64,000 nucleotides of DNA from a virus (IMGVR_UViG_3300045988_170206:1-64000); one strand, 5' to 3'. Shown: positions 48,753-58,618, counted from the stretch's first letter. Made by a program: numbers and translations. The notes: generated by a model from the letters alone, not told the origin.

Positions 48753-50999
48753 TCAGTTCTCGTCGCTCGAGGCAGAGCGGCGCTTGTATGTGAGGGTCAT
48801 TCCTGCGACTCCGAGGAGCGCGATGGTGGCGATGCCTGCGATGAGGATGATGCCGGTGCCGCCGGTCATGGGCAGACGCGGGCTGACCGTGACAGGAGTC
48901 AGTTTACCCACAGTTTTGGCTGTAGATTGCGCCGACTCGACATTGCGGTTGCGCCCGTCGGAGATGCCGGTTGCGTGCGCAGTGTTTGTCACATCGCCCT
49001 GTCGGATGTCGTCGTCGTTCGTGTCGGATGTGGCCGTGCAGGTCATGGATGCGCCTGCGTCGAGCGTCGTGCCGGGGCATGTGACCGTTGACAGGGGCTT
49101 GTGGCCGTTGTAGGAATCCTCGACGACGGTCACGTCGTGCAGGCTGATGTCGCCGGTGTTACGCACGGTGAAGGTCCAGGTGAGTTTGTCGCCGGAGTGG
49201 AACTCTGGCTTATCTACGGTCTTCTCGATTTCGAGCGCCGGCTTGGCGGGGACGTAGGTGGATGAGTCGGAGGACGGGTCGGACGTGACAGGGATGCCTG
49301 CGGGGCTCATGCCGGTGGCCTTCGCCGTGTTCGTGATGGTCTTGCCTGCGTCAGGGAAGTCAGCGTCCACGAGGGGGCTGGTGATGTTCTTCCAGGTGCA
49401 GGTGTTGCCGGGCTGGACGGTTGCGCAGGCTTCGGTGACGGTGTTGACGGTGTTCGGGTCGGTGCCTGTGTAGCCGCCGTCGTAGGTGTCGTCGATGATG
49501 TGGACGTTCGTCAGGGGGACGTTGCCGGTGTTGGTGGCCGTGTAGGTCCAGTGGAGTTCCGTGGCCGTGTCGCCGTAGGTCTTTTCGGTGACGGTCTTAG
49601 TCAGGGCGATGGAAGGGGTTTCGGGGGTGAAGGTGCCGTGCCATTCGCGTGCTTCGCCGGAGCGCGCCCAGGTGTCGATGATTCGACCGTCGCCGTGCGT
49701 TCCTCGTTCTGACAGCGCACATTCGGGGTGGAGCTTCGGGTTCGCGTTGTTCACGTTCCAGCCGTGCACACCGGAGGGGGTGTCGGAGTTTACGCCTGCG
49801 AGAGCTTCCCATGGGGTGCGGGTGTTCTCTACGTAGCGGCAGGACGTGAGGTTACGGTCGTCCCAGTAAACGGTTGCGTCACCTGCGGAGGGGCCGTTGA
49901 GGGCCTTGATGGTGAGGCCTCCAAGCATTTCTACGTCACTGAACATCAGGTGCATCTCGTTACTCGATGCGGCCTTGAGGGTCCAGTCCACGGCCTTGTC
50001 TGCGTCGATGTTGATGGTGACGCTGGTCTTGCCCTGGACGGTAGTTTCCTTGCCTGCGGCGGTGAATGTGTAGGCGGCGAACTTGTCGAGGCCTGTGATG
50101 ACTGCCTGGGCTTTGTGGTTGCCGAGGTCTTTCAGTTCGACGGTGGGGGTGCCCAGCGTCTTGGGGGTGGGGAGGATACTCTCGGGGAGGTCGGCTGCGG
50201 GGGTGGTGAAGAACAGCTTGTAGCGTTCGCCGCACTTGTAGTTGGTGCGGTAGTGGTTGACCCAAGAGCCGGCGAGTTGCCCGTTAGGTGCGTATGCGTC
50301 GTAGCCGGAGCCGTCACGGATAGCCCAGTCGTCGTATGACTGGTAGGTCGGCTCACAGTAATCCTGCCCGTCCTTCGTGACGATCTTGTTGATGCCGGAC
50401 GAGGTGGCGGCAATGACTGACTGGATGCCACCGTACTCACGGGCCACGAATTGATACCTGTAGCCAGTCGGTGAGACAGCGATGAGGCTGACCTCGCCGA
50501 TAGAGCCCGGCTGCGGGGTTGAGGGGTTGTCCCAGTCGAAGGAGGCTCGCTGGCCGACGAACACCTTGTCGGCCCATACGCGACCTGGGATCGTCTTGTC
50601 ATCATGACTAACGGCCTGGATGTTCCAGAAGAACTGGTTGTCCGAGTACTGGTTGTTCGCGTCGATGTGGGGCACGTAGTACACCTGAAAGATGCCGTCG
50701 TGCTTTGCGTAGTGGGAGGCCATGCCGCCCTGCCACGCCGTCATGTTGGCGATGTTGCCGTCCTCGTCGAGGACGTACTCGGGTTGCTTTCCAAGGAAGG
50801 TGTACCACAGGTATTCACCCTTCTTCACGTAGACGTAGAAAACGTCGGGCGCGAAGGTGGGCGTGTTGTAGGCGGGCACCGTTTCCGCGTGTGCTGCCTG
50901 TTGGACGGTGGGGGTAGCAACAAGTCCCACTGCTGCGATGGCGGCAACTGCGAGCGCAGTAATTGCTCGCCGCAGTCGGGACGGCTTTCTGGATACCAT
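48753..50999 (-). CDS. LPxTG surface adhesin / candidate tip or ancillary pilin with DUF11-like repeats
   Basis: ATG at 50999 with GAAGGAG RBS. Signal peptide ...ATPTVQQAAHAE. Two repeats of the type TATNTGNVPLTNVHIID / TVRNTGDISLHDVTVVED. C-terminal LPMTGGTGIILIAGIATIALLGVAGMTLTYKRR. Confidence 0.8.
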   Translation of the reverse strand: MVSRKPSRLRRAITALAVAAIAAVGLVATPTVQQAAHAETVPAYNTPTFAPDVFYVYVKKGEYLWYTFLGKQPEYVLDEDGNIANMTAWQGGMASHYAKHDGIFQVYYVPHIDANNQYSDNQFFWNIQAVSHDDKTIPGRVWADKVFVGQRASFDWDNPSTPQPGSIGEVSLIAVSPTGYRYQFVAREYGGIQSVIAATSSGINKIVTKDGQDYCEPTYQSYDDWAIRDGSGYDAYAPNGQLAGSWVNHYRTNYKCGERYKLFFTTPAADLPESILPTPKTLGTPTVELKDLGNHKAQAVITGLDKFAAYTFTAAGKETTVQGKTSVTINIDADKAVDWTLKAASSNEMHLMFSDVEMLGGLTIKALNGPSAGDATVYWDDRNLTSCRYVENTRTPWEALAGVNSDTPSGVHGWNVNNANPKLHPECALSERGTHGDGRIIDTWARSGEAREWHGTFTPETPSIALTKTVTEKTYGDTATELHWTYTATNTGNVPLTNVHIIDDTYDGGYTGTDPNTVNTVTEACATVQPGNTCTWKNITSPLVDADFPDAGKTITNTAKATGMSPAGIPVTSDPSSDSSTYVPAKPALEIEKTVDKPEFHSGDKLTWTFTVRNTGDISLHDVTVVEDSYNGHKPLSTVTCPGTTLDAGASMTCTATSDTNDDDIRQGDVTNTAHATGISDGRNRNVESAQSTAKTVGKLTPVTVSPRLPMTGGTGIILIAGIATIALLGVAGMTLTYKRRSASSDEN

Positions 51000-51081
51000 A
51001 TCTGCTCCTTCTGGCTGATGTTTCCTGAACAATCCTAGCATTTTCCAGGTGCCCCTCTTCTACTTGTATCGGGGCATGTCG

Positions 51082-51128
51082 AAGGGGGAGGGGATTCCAA
51101 CATGGTGCTGGTCCCCCTCCCCCCCCTT
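51082..51128 (-). terminator. Imperfect G/C hairpin between the giant surface-protein gene and the adhesin gene
   Basis: AAGGGGGAGGGGA (51082-51094) pairs with TCCCCCTCCCCCCCCTT (51112-51128) with a one-base bulge. Lies 16 nt after the stop at 51144. Confidence 0.35.
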
Positions 51129-51143
51129 ATCGGTGAGCGCGGG

Positions 51144-54100
51144 TCAGTTGTCCGCGTTCTTGCGTCGGCGTGCCAACACGATCAGCGCTGCGGCTGCTGC
51201 GAGGATGCCGCCTGCGGCGCTGGTTGCGAGCACGTGGTGGCGGATCCAGTTGATGACCTGCCCGAAGGTGGAGGCGTTGACATACACGTCGCTGATAGTC
51301 GTCTCGGTGACGTTGCCTGCCATGTCGGTGGCCTTGAGGACAACCGTGTGCGCGCTCGTGGACTGCGGCAGAGTGCCCGTGTAGATCCCATTCTCGTCGG
51401 AGAGGAGCTGCATAGGCTTTCCGTCCACCTGGGCCTCGAGAGTCACGGTGGTCATGTCTCGGGGGGTGACGGTGAAGTCGCGGCTTTCGGAACGGTAGGC
51501 CGCGTCGGTTCGGATGCCGGACACCTGGAGCTCAGGGTTCGTGGAGTCCACGACGAAGGAGTAGCTGAGGCGGCTCACCTGGTCGAGGCCTCCCTCAGTC
51601 TGGGAGACAACCTGGATGAGGTAGGTGCCTTCCTTCTGGAATGCTGCCTTGTCGATGTGGTAGGCGTACACGTAGTCCCCGGCGTCTCCGCCCGTGCGGG
51701 TGGTGGACTGGAGCGCGGGGGCGACGGGGTAGGGTGCGCCGTCGAGGGTGACCTTGATGTCGGTCTTGTCCTCGTTGAGGGCTTCGACGGTGGTCTCCTC
51801 GAGGTCAACGTCCACGGGGGCTTGGAGGTAGCGGCCCTGGTAGTTGGTGCCGGTCACGTCCACGTTGGAGCCGTAGCGGTTGAGGATGAACTCGACGCTG
51901 GCGGTCTGGTCGTTGCCTGCGAGGTCGGTGCCCTTGATGGTGAGGGTGTAGAGGTCGTCGTACTTGGCTTCATCGGGGATCTCGGAGAGGTCGAGGTAGC
52001 CGCCGCTGACTGCGGGCTTGAAGACGTTGCCCTTGCGGCCTACGAGGACGGCGGTGACGCTGCTCGTGTCCGCGTTGGTGTCACTGTAGGTCACGCCGAC
52101 GGTGGGGAGCTGGTAGTAGGCGGTGCCCTTCGTGAGGCCACTGATGCTGATTTCCGGCTTCGTGGTATCGACGATGAACTCGCCTTCGGTGACCTCGTTG
52201 CTGGGGTTGCCTGCCTGGTCGGTGGTGCGGAACCCGAAGGTGTGGACTCCCTCGGGGAATGTCACGGTCGCCGTGTGCGTGGATCCGACGCTGCTCCAAC
52301 CACTGATGCTGCCGGTGCCGGTGAGCTGGTTGAGGGCGGGGTCGAAGTGCTCTTCGACGACGGTGATAGTGGCAGTACGTACTTGGTTGTAGTACTTGCC
52401 GTTGCGCACGTCGGTGGTGTTCCAGGCGACGGAGACGACGGGGGCTACCTTGTCTACGGTGAAGCGGCCCGATGTGAAGGTGTTGGACTGGTGGCCCACC
52501 ATGTCCGCTGCGGACAGGGTGAAGTCGTAGTCCGTGTTGTCGGAGAACGTGATGGTGTTCGTCCAGGTGTCGCCGGAGTGGACCCATGTGCCCCACGTGC
52601 CGACGAGGCCGGTGGTGGTGAGGCTACCGGGGTCGAAGTTGTTGTCGCGGACGGTAACCGTGGCGTGGCGGTCGGTGTTGTAGAAGCCGGACTGGTTGGT
52701 CTGGTCGAACGTGACCGTGAGCTCGGGGGCGGTTGCGTCCACGCTGATGGTGCGGCGCGTTTCGGCCTCGTAGCCAGCATTGTCGGCGACGTGGATCCAC
52801 ACATCCTGAGCGGGGTATTCACCGGCGAGCGTCAGGGGGACGGATACGCCGGTGACGAGGTTCTTGTCGGTGGCGGTCACCTGGACTGCGGGGTTATCGA
52901 CCTGGCCGTCGGGGGAGACGGTTGCAGTACCCAGGGTTGTGTCACCGTATCCCCAGGTGAGGGTACGGATGCCAGAGTGTGTGGCGACGGCGGTGAGAGT
53001 GCCGGATGCGGAGTCCTTGTAGAGGGGCACGCCAGCGCTGTTGGTCGCTGCTGGGGCTCCGAGTTCGACGCTCAGGTCGGTGCTGGTGATCGTCGTGTTC
53101 GAGTCCTCGGACACGAGGCCGTCGGGGCGCTGGCTGTCGCTGATGTTGCCCACCTTGTCGGTGGCGGTAGCGGACACGAAGCCCTTGAAGCCGCTGGGGA
53201 TGTCGAACTCGGCCACGCCGGAGTTGATGGGGGCCGACTCGGTGCGGATGACGGTGCCGGACGGCGTGTAGAACGTCATGAGAGCGTTACCCATGCCCGA
53301 AGATGGGGCGGGGTCGGAGACCTGAGCCTTGATGCGTGTGGCTCCCTGAACGAACAGGCCGTAGCGGTCGGAACCGTTGATGGTCTTGCCCGGCGCGTAG
53401 GACGGGTTCACGACGACGAAGTTCGTGATCGTCGGTGCCTGGTCGTCCACGTAGAACGTGTAGTTGCGGGCACTGACGTTACCTGCGAGGTCAGTCATGG
53501 TGATGGTGACCTGGTAGGAACCATCCTCCGCGCGTGCGGCTTTCGCGTAGTCCACGTCGAGGGTTCCAGTAGTAGCGGCTTCACCGGCCTTGTCGCTGGG
53601 GTTGACGGTGGCGACTTGGGTGCCGTTGACGGTGGCTGTCATGGTGGCGATGCCATTGTCGTCGTGGGCGGTGAAGCTGTTGATCGCCCCGCTGGTTGAT
53701 GAGAACCATGTCCCATCCGTGGCAGTGATGTCGGTGGTCATCGTGGGGGCCTGAGTGTCCACGGCTGCGTGCTTGGATGGCCAGCCGAGTGCGGTTGCGA
53801 CGTGGAGTGTCTGGGAGCGGCCCAGCGGGTCGGTGACGGTGACGGTGGGGTCGTTGACGCTGCCGGTGATGGTGGCAACGCCGTCGGGGGAGACGGTCAT
53901 GCCACTGCTGGGGTCGTTGTAGGTCTGCGCGAGGCCACCGCCGCCCTGTGGGGTGAGCTGCACCTGGATGGGGGTGCGGGAGAACACGCCGTAGGGGGTG
54001 ACGTTCATGTCGCCGGGGTTGCGGACAGTGGCGTTGATGGTGGCCTGGCTGGTGGATGTGGAGATCGTGCCGGTCCAGGAGGTGCGGTGGAGGCCGCGGT

Positions 54101-55535
54101 CTGCGCCGTAGAAGTCGATCTGGTGGCGCGTGCCGTCGGTGAACTCGGACGCGGGGATCGTGAAGGTGTACTTGTTGTCGGCTTCGCGGGTGGGGGCGAT
54201 GGGGCGACCGTCGAAGATGAGGCTCATGCCGCGCGGGGAGAGGGCCTGGTCGTCGCTGAATGTGAACGTCAGGTCTTCTGTGGGGGCGGAGGTGAGCCAG
54301 TACTGGCCGTCGCCGAGGGTCTTGGCGTTGGTGATCGCGTCGGGGACGGTGAGGGTGGGGATGGTGGAGTCCACGGCTACCACGTCGGTGTCGCCGCCGG
54401 TGAAGGCGCTGAGACCGACCTCGTTGGTGAGGCCTGCTTCGTCCATGGTCTGTACCTTGTAGGTGCCTGCTTCGGTGATCGTGAATGTGAAGTTGCCGCC
54501 CTGGCGCTTGAGGGTGGTGACAACTTCGCCGTCCTTGACGAGCTCCACGGAGTACACGCCCGATGGGCTGTCGGTGGCGGTGCCGCTGATGGTGACGTTG
54601 CCGGAGGTGGCGTAGTCGCCGTATGCGTTGACCTGGCCTCCGGTTGCGCGGAGGTTGGAGAACTGCGGGCCTTCGTCGTCGTAGGGGACGTTGATGGACT
54701 GGCTGGCGGTGCGGCCAAACTCGTCGGTGATGCGCAGTGTGGCCTTGCTGGGCTTGCCAGTCAGGTTGATGGTGGCGGTGGTGCCGCTGACGCTCACCGA
54801 GTAGCCCTCATCGGTCGTTGCGGACACGATCTGCGTGTCGGAGCTGATCGTTGCCGTGAGGGCGGGGATGGTTGTGTAGAAGCCCCATGCGGGGCCGGTG
54901 GCCGGGTCGAGCATCATGGCTGTGATCGACGGTTCGCCGACGGTGGTGTGTGCGCCGAGCGTGAAGGTCGTGTTGTCCCACGTGACGGTGGGGGTACCGG
55001 ACGCGGGGACGCGACTGGTGCCGACAGTGTAGGAGCCGTCCGCGAGCGCGAGCGCGCCGGAGTCCGTGGGGATGACTCCGGTCATGGTGATGGGTGTTGC
55101 TCCGGTGTTGGTGGCGAGGATGCCCGCAGCGTACACGCCCTTGTCGGTGTGGACGATGTAGACGATGCGTGTGGGGGCTGTGATGTCGGTGGGGAGCTGG
55201 TTCACGCCCGCTGTCCCCTGGCCTGCTGCGGTGAGCGCGCCGGAAGCGTCGTAGCGGCGCATTTCGACGCTGGTGATCGTTGCGCCGGATTGTGGGGCGA
55301 TGGTGGCGGTGCCCCGCCACTTGCGAACCTGCGAGTAGTTGCCGAGGTCGAAGTCAACGGACGCTGTAGGGGCGGGCGCTGCGGTGACGGCTGCGGGTGC
55401 GACGGTGGCGGCGGGCTGGGTGGTGCCGAAAGCGTTGGTGGCGAGCGCTGCGGGTGCGACGGTGGTGGTGGCTGTGGCGAATGCCAGGAGGGCAGCGATG
55501 CGCACTGTCGTCTTGGTCGTCTTCCGGGGAGTCAT
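51144..55535 (-). CDS. Giant surface protein (1463 aa) of tandem bacterial Ig-like domains with C-terminal TM anchor
   Basis: GAAAGG RBS and signal peptide ...APAALATNAFG. At least seven domain-boundary motifs V-D-x-x-x-P-x-(L/I/V)-(T/S/Q) (VDSTIPTLTV, VDTQAPTMTT, VDDQAPTITN, VDATAPELTV, VDKVAPVVSV, VDTTKPEISI, VDSTNPELQV). The C-terminus LATSAAGGILAAAAALIVLARRRKNADN has no canonical LPxTG. Confidence 0.8.
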   Translation of the reverse strand: MTPRKTTKTTVRIAALLAFATATTTVAPAALATNAFGTTQPAATVAPAAVTAAPAPTASVDFDLGNYSQVRKWRGTATIAPQSGATITSVEMRRYDASGALTAAGQGTAGVNQLPTDITAPTRIVYIVHTDKGVYAAGILATNTGATPITMTGVIPTDSGALALADGSYTVGTSRVPASGTPTVTWDNTTFTLGAHTTVGEPSITAMMLDPATGPAWGFYTTIPALTATISSDTQIVSATTDEGYSVSVSGTTATINLTGKPSKATLRITDEFGRTASQSINVPYDDEGPQFSNLRATGGQVNAYGDYATSGNVTISGTATDSPSGVYSVELVKDGEVVTTLKRQGGNFTFTITEAGTYKVQTMDEAGLTNEVGLSAFTGGDTDVVAVDSTIPTLTVPDAITNAKTLGDGQYWLTSAPTEDLTFTFSDDQALSPRGMSLIFDGRPIAPTREADNKYTFTIPASEFTDGTRHQIDFYGADRGLHRTSWTGTISTSTSQATINATVRNPGDMNVTPYGVFSRTPIQVQLTPQGGGGLAQTYNDPSSGMTVSPDGVATITGSVNDPTVTVTDPLGRSQTLHVATALGWPSKHAAVDTQAPTMTTDITATDGTWFSSTSGAINSFTAHDDNGIATMTATVNGTQVATVNPSDKAGEAATTGTLDVDYAKAARAEDGSYQVTITMTDLAGNVSARNYTFYVDDQAPTITNFVVVNPSYAPGKTINGSDRYGLFVQGATRIKAQVSDPAPSSGMGNALMTFYTPSGTVIRTESAPINSGVAEFDIPSGFKGFVSATATDKVGNISDSQRPDGLVSEDSNTTITSTDLSVELGAPAATNSAGVPLYKDSASGTLTAVATHSGIRTLTWGYGDTTLGTATVSPDGQVDNPAVQVTATDKNLVTGVSVPLTLAGEYPAQDVWIHVADNAGYEAETRRTISVDATAPELTVTFDQTNQSGFYNTDRHATVTVRDNNFDPGSLTTTGLVGTWGTWVHSGDTWTNTITFSDNTDYDFTLSAADMVGHQSNTFTSGRFTVDKVAPVVSVAWNTTDVRNGKYYNQVRTATITVVEEHFDPALNQLTGTGSISGWSSVGSTHTATVTFPEGVHTFGFRTTDQAGNPSNEVTEGEFIVDTTKPEISISGLTKGTAYYQLPTVGVTYSDTNADTSSVTAVLVGRKGNVFKPAVSGGYLDLSEIPDEAKYDDLYTLTIKGTDLAGNDQTASVEFILNRYGSNVDVTGTNYQGRYLQAPVDVDLEETTVEALNEDKTDIKVTLDGAPYPVAPALQSTTRTGGDAGDYVYAYHIDKAAFQKEGTYLIQVVSQTEGGLDQVSRLSYSFVVDSTNPELQVSGIRTDAAYRSESRDFTVTPRDMTTVTLEAQVDGKPMQLLSDENGIYTGTLPQSTSAHTVVLKATDMAGNVTETTISDVYVNASTFGQVINWIRHHVLATSAAGGILAAAAALIVLARRRKNADN

Positions 55536-55560
55536 TCTTGAACCTTTCCGATGATGGGGT

Positions 55561-56211
55561 TTATTGCCAACTATGGGCTTCTGCTACCAAGGTTACGCGA
55601 CTGAGCGGGTCGGTTGGCTGCGCGGATGGTTGTGGCGCAAGGTTTGCGGCAGGAATCTCGGTGTCCTCGAAGAAGGCAGTGTCTGCTTCTTCGGTGGTTT
55701 CCGTGCTTGCGTCTGAGAAGAACGTGGTGTCGTCGTCTTCTCCGACGTTAGCGGAGCGCTCGAGCGGTGCCGGTGCGGGTGGCTGTGTGGTTCGCGTGGG
55801 GGTGTCTGCGACCTGTAGGGGTGCAGGCTGAGCTGGCGCAGGCTTGGGGGCGGCAATGGGCGCAGGGGCGACTGTGGTGGGCTGTGGTGGGGTTGGGGTG
55901 AGGTCGCCGGAGAGCACGCCGCTTGTGTCGTCGGCGAGTGTACCGCTATCGAACGAGTCACTGTTCGTCGCGTCGTTCAGGGGCGAGTGTTCACCGAGAG
56001 ATAGGGCGGACATCTTGCGGTACGCTTCGACGGCTCCGTCGCTACTCAGTGTCGAGGTGAGGGTTTCAACGGTGTCGGTGAACGCCTGTCCCTTGAGTTC
56101 CCTGCGTGCTGCTGGGATGTCCCATTGGAAGAACAGGATGAGAGCGGTGAAGAACAGGATGAGGGCTGCGACTGCGAGGCCGATTGCCGTTGCGGTGAAT
56201 ACGGTCATCAC
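55561..56211 (-). CDS. Bitopic membrane protein with Pro-rich and acidic C-terminal region (216 aa)
   Basis: The start (GTG 56211 or ATG 56208) overlaps the kinase stop (GTGATGA). TM segment FTATAIGLAVAALILFFTALILFF. Confidence 0.6.
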   Translation of the reverse strand: MMTVFTATAIGLAVAALILFFTALILFFQWDIPAARRELKGQAFTDTVETLTSTLSSDGAVEAYRKMSALSLGEHSPLNDATNSDSFDSGTLADDTSGVLSGDLTPTPPQPTTVAPAPIAAPKPAPAQPAPLQVADTPTRTTQPPAPAPLERSANVGEDDDTTFFSDASTETTEEADTAFFEDTEIPAANLAPQPSAQPTDPLSRVTLVAEAHSWQ

Positions 56212-57920
56212 TTGGTGGCTCCTTCGGCTGCGTACACAGCATCGACGAGGGTGCGGGACTGGTCGAGCTTCGTGGAGAGCTGGGCTGACAGTTCAGCCGG
56301 TCTTCCTGGTGTCGGGTTGGGGTGCTGCGTGAGGTAGTCTTTCGCGCGCTCGAGCTGCGCGTCAACGTCGGCTTTGGGCACGCCGTCGGTTCGGAGCCTG
56401 TATGTGTAGTTGTTGATGCAGTCCACGATGTAGTTGAGGAGCTGCAACTGTACGACCTCGCCGGAGTTGTCGGTGTTGAGGCTGGTGAGGTTGTTCCAGT
56501 AGGCCCGGTACATGCCGGTGTCGCTGCTGGTTTGGATCGCGGATGCGATGTCGCGGTTGAACGAGCCCATGTTGTAGAGGGCGCTCGCCTGTTCGACGTT
56601 GTAGTTGCCGCTGATCGCGTCCTTGAACCATGGGGCGGATAGGGCGAGGCCGTCGGCGTTTGCGTCGCTGGTGTAGAAAAACCAGTAGAGTTCACCGATC
56701 TGGTAAGCGAGCTCAGGGTAGCGCGGGTTGTCCTGAATGTCCTTAATGTGTTCGCGGACGAGGGGGATGAAGGCAGCTTCCTCAGCGGAGGTGAACCTGC
56801 CGTCTCCCTGCTTGATGGCGGTAATCGTGTCGAAGTATGAGTCGATGTTGGAGGGGCGCGCGTTGATGACTGGCTCCCACGCTTCGACGGTGCCGGCTTT
56901 TTGGGCAGCGCTGGTTAGTGCTGCGTAGGAGTTCGCGTCGGCGTTGGCCCCGTAGGTGTAAGTGCCCGCTGACGCTATTGACATGACGAGGGCTGCTGCT
57001 GCGAGCGCGCCGACGGTGCGGATGCGCCTGCGGTGCTTGGCTCGGTGACGACTATCGGCGGTCTTGTAGGTGTTGAGCGCAGCGATAACTTCGACCATGG
57101 ACGAGTAGCGGTCATCTGGGCGCAGGGCGACACATTTGGCGATCACGTCGGAGAGGGCGCGGCTAACTTCGGGGTTGGCTGCGTGCGCGTCCACGGGGCC
57201 TGTGGGGATGCCCCTGCGGTCGGACGCGGGAAGGTCGCCGACGAGGAGCTGGTACATCGTCATACCGAGGCTGTAGATGTCGCTTCGGATGTCGAGCGGC
57301 GCGCCCTTGGTGATCTGCTCGGGGGGCGCATATCCCTTGGTGCCGAGGGCGTGGGTGTTGATCTGATTGTCAGGGGTGATGACTTCGGCCAGGCCGTAGT
57401 CCATGAGCACCATGGAACCGTTCTGGTACATGATGTTCTTCGGCTTGATGTCGCGGTGGACGACAGGGCCGGGGTGAATATGTGGCGGGAGGGTGTGGAG
57501 GTACTGGAGGATGGTGGCGACCTGCACCATCTTGGAGACAACGAACTGCTCACTGAACCGGCCTTTGTCGGTGCGCTTGGCCGCATCAGCGAGGTCGTAG
57601 CCGCCGATGTAGTCCATGAGGACGGAGTACTTGCCACCCGGCTTGTCGGTACGATCTCGCACGTCGAGGATGCGAGGAATACCGGGGTGGGTGAGGGGCT
57701 GCATGAGGCGCGTTTCGCGCTTGAGGCTATCAACGGCGATTTTGCCGCGGCCTTTAGGGTCGGGGACGGGAGCTGCAACCTCTTTGAGGACGACGAGCTT
57801 ACCGTTCTTAGCGTCGGAAACTCCGTACACCTGGCTAAAAGTGCCGTTGTGGAGTACGGAGCTGATGACGTAGCGGTCCCCCTTGCCGAAGGTTGAGCCC
57901 TTTTTGCGCAGGTTCGTCAT
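56208..57920 (-). CDS. Hanks-type Ser/Thr protein kinase, transmembrane, with non-PASTA extracellular domain
   Basis: ATG at 57920 in an ATGA overlap with the PP2C stop. G-loop region NGTFSQVYG, Lys in LVVLKEV, catalytic loop VVHRDIKPKN, DYG (DFG variant) and GTKGYAPPE. TM segment TVGALAAAALVMSIASAG, then ~190 aa of helical-looking exported sequence. Confidence 0.85.
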   Translation of the reverse strand: MTNLRKKGSTFGKGDRYVISSVLHNGTFSQVYGVSDAKNGKLVVLKEVAAPVPDPKGRGKIAVDSLKRETRLMQPLTHPGIPRILDVRDRTDKPGGKYSVLMDYIGGYDLADAAKRTDKGRFSEQFVVSKMVQVATILQYLHTLPPHIHPGPVVHRDIKPKNIMYQNGSMVLMDYGLAEVITPDNQINTHALGTKGYAPPEQITKGAPLDIRSDIYSLGMTMYQLLVGDLPASDRRGIPTGPVDAHAANPEVSRALSDVIAKCVALRPDDRYSSMVEVIAALNTYKTADSRHRAKHRRRIRTVGALAAAALVMSIASAGTYTYGANADANSYAALTSAAQKAGTVEAWEPVINARPSNIDSYFDTITAIKQGDGRFTSAEEAAFIPLVREHIKDIQDNPRYPELAYQIGELYWFFYTSDANADGLALSAPWFKDAISGNYNVEQASALYNMGSFNRDIASAIQTSSDTGMYRAYWNNLTSLNTDNSGEVVQLQLLNYIVDCINNYTYRLRTDGVPKADVDAQLERAKDYLTQHPNPTPGRPAELSAQLSTKLDQSRTLVDAVYAAEGATK

Positions 57921-58618
57921 GCTAGTCCTTCCGTTGAGGCGAGTAAAGCGGTGATGTTGTCCTGTTCTCCCGCTGTTTGTGCGCGCGTAGCGAGGTCGTT
58001 GAGGCCTGCTTCTGTGAGAGCGTCGAGCTTGTTGCCGACGGCCTCGTAAGCGTGCCAAAACCCGTCTGAGCATAGGAGGAATGTGTCGCCACTCTGGTAG
58101 GTGCCGGTGTAGATGTCAGGGGTGTGACCGTCGGCTTTGGGCTTTCCGAGTGCGCGGGTGATGCGGCTGGCGTAGGTGCGGGCGATGTCGGGGGTGATGG
58201 TGACTCCGCGGCGCTTGAAGGCGTTGAGGGCTGAGTGGTCCTCGGTGAGCTGTGTGCCCTCGAGGGTGCCTGCTGGGATCTTGTAGGCGCGGGAGTCGCC
58301 GATTTGGAGGATCCAGTACTGGCCGTCGTAGAGGCGTAGGAGGGTGAGAGTTGTACCTCCTCCCGTGTCGGTGACCTTCTGGTGGGCGGTGGTGACGGCT
58401 TCGATGAGGGTGTCGTCAGTGATGTCTCCGGCCTTGATTGCGTCCATGTAGGTGCGGGCGGCGCTTTGGGAGGCTTGTGCGCCGTTGGCGACTCCGCCCA
58501 TGCCGTCGGCGATGAGTGCGAGGATGCCGGTCTTGCCGTCGGCGGTGAAGGTGGCCCAGGCGTAGGTGTCCTGGTTTTCTTTTCGTTGGTTGCGGTGGGT
58601 GATCGTGTGGACGCTCAT
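57917..58618 (-). CDS. PP2C-family Ser/Thr phosphatase
   Basis: RKENQDTY, LIADGMGG, LQIGDSRAY and LLCSDGFWH. ATGA overlap with the FHA gene stop. Confidence 0.85.
   Translation of the reverse strand: MSVHTITHRNQRKENQDTYAWATFTADGKTGILALIADGMGGVANGAQASQSAARTYMDAIKAGDITDDTLIEAVTTAHQKVTDTGGGTTLTLLRLYDGQYWILQIGDSRAYKIPAGTLEGTQLTEDHSALNAFKRRGVTITPDIARTYASRITRALGKPKADGHTPDIYTGTYQSGDTFLLCSDGFWHAYEAVGNKLDALTEAGLNDLATRAQTAGEQDNITALLASTEGLA

Noticed and set aside
51102-55541. Very long plus-strand ORFs 51102..53699 (865 aa) and 53769..55541 (590 aa)
   Set aside because: They are antisense to the 1463-aa Ig-like protein gene. The translations are Gly/Val/Asp/Arg-rich low-complexity sequence typical of the reverse frame of high-GC genes. 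No RBS or motifs are present, while the minus-strand product has a signal peptide and repeated Ig-like domain junctions.
55990-56170. Direct DNA repeat GAAGAACAGGATGAG x2 near 56130-56165
   Set aside because: It simply encodes the duplicated LILFF segment of a TM helix in 55561..56211. It is too short to treat as a regulatory or mobile repeat.
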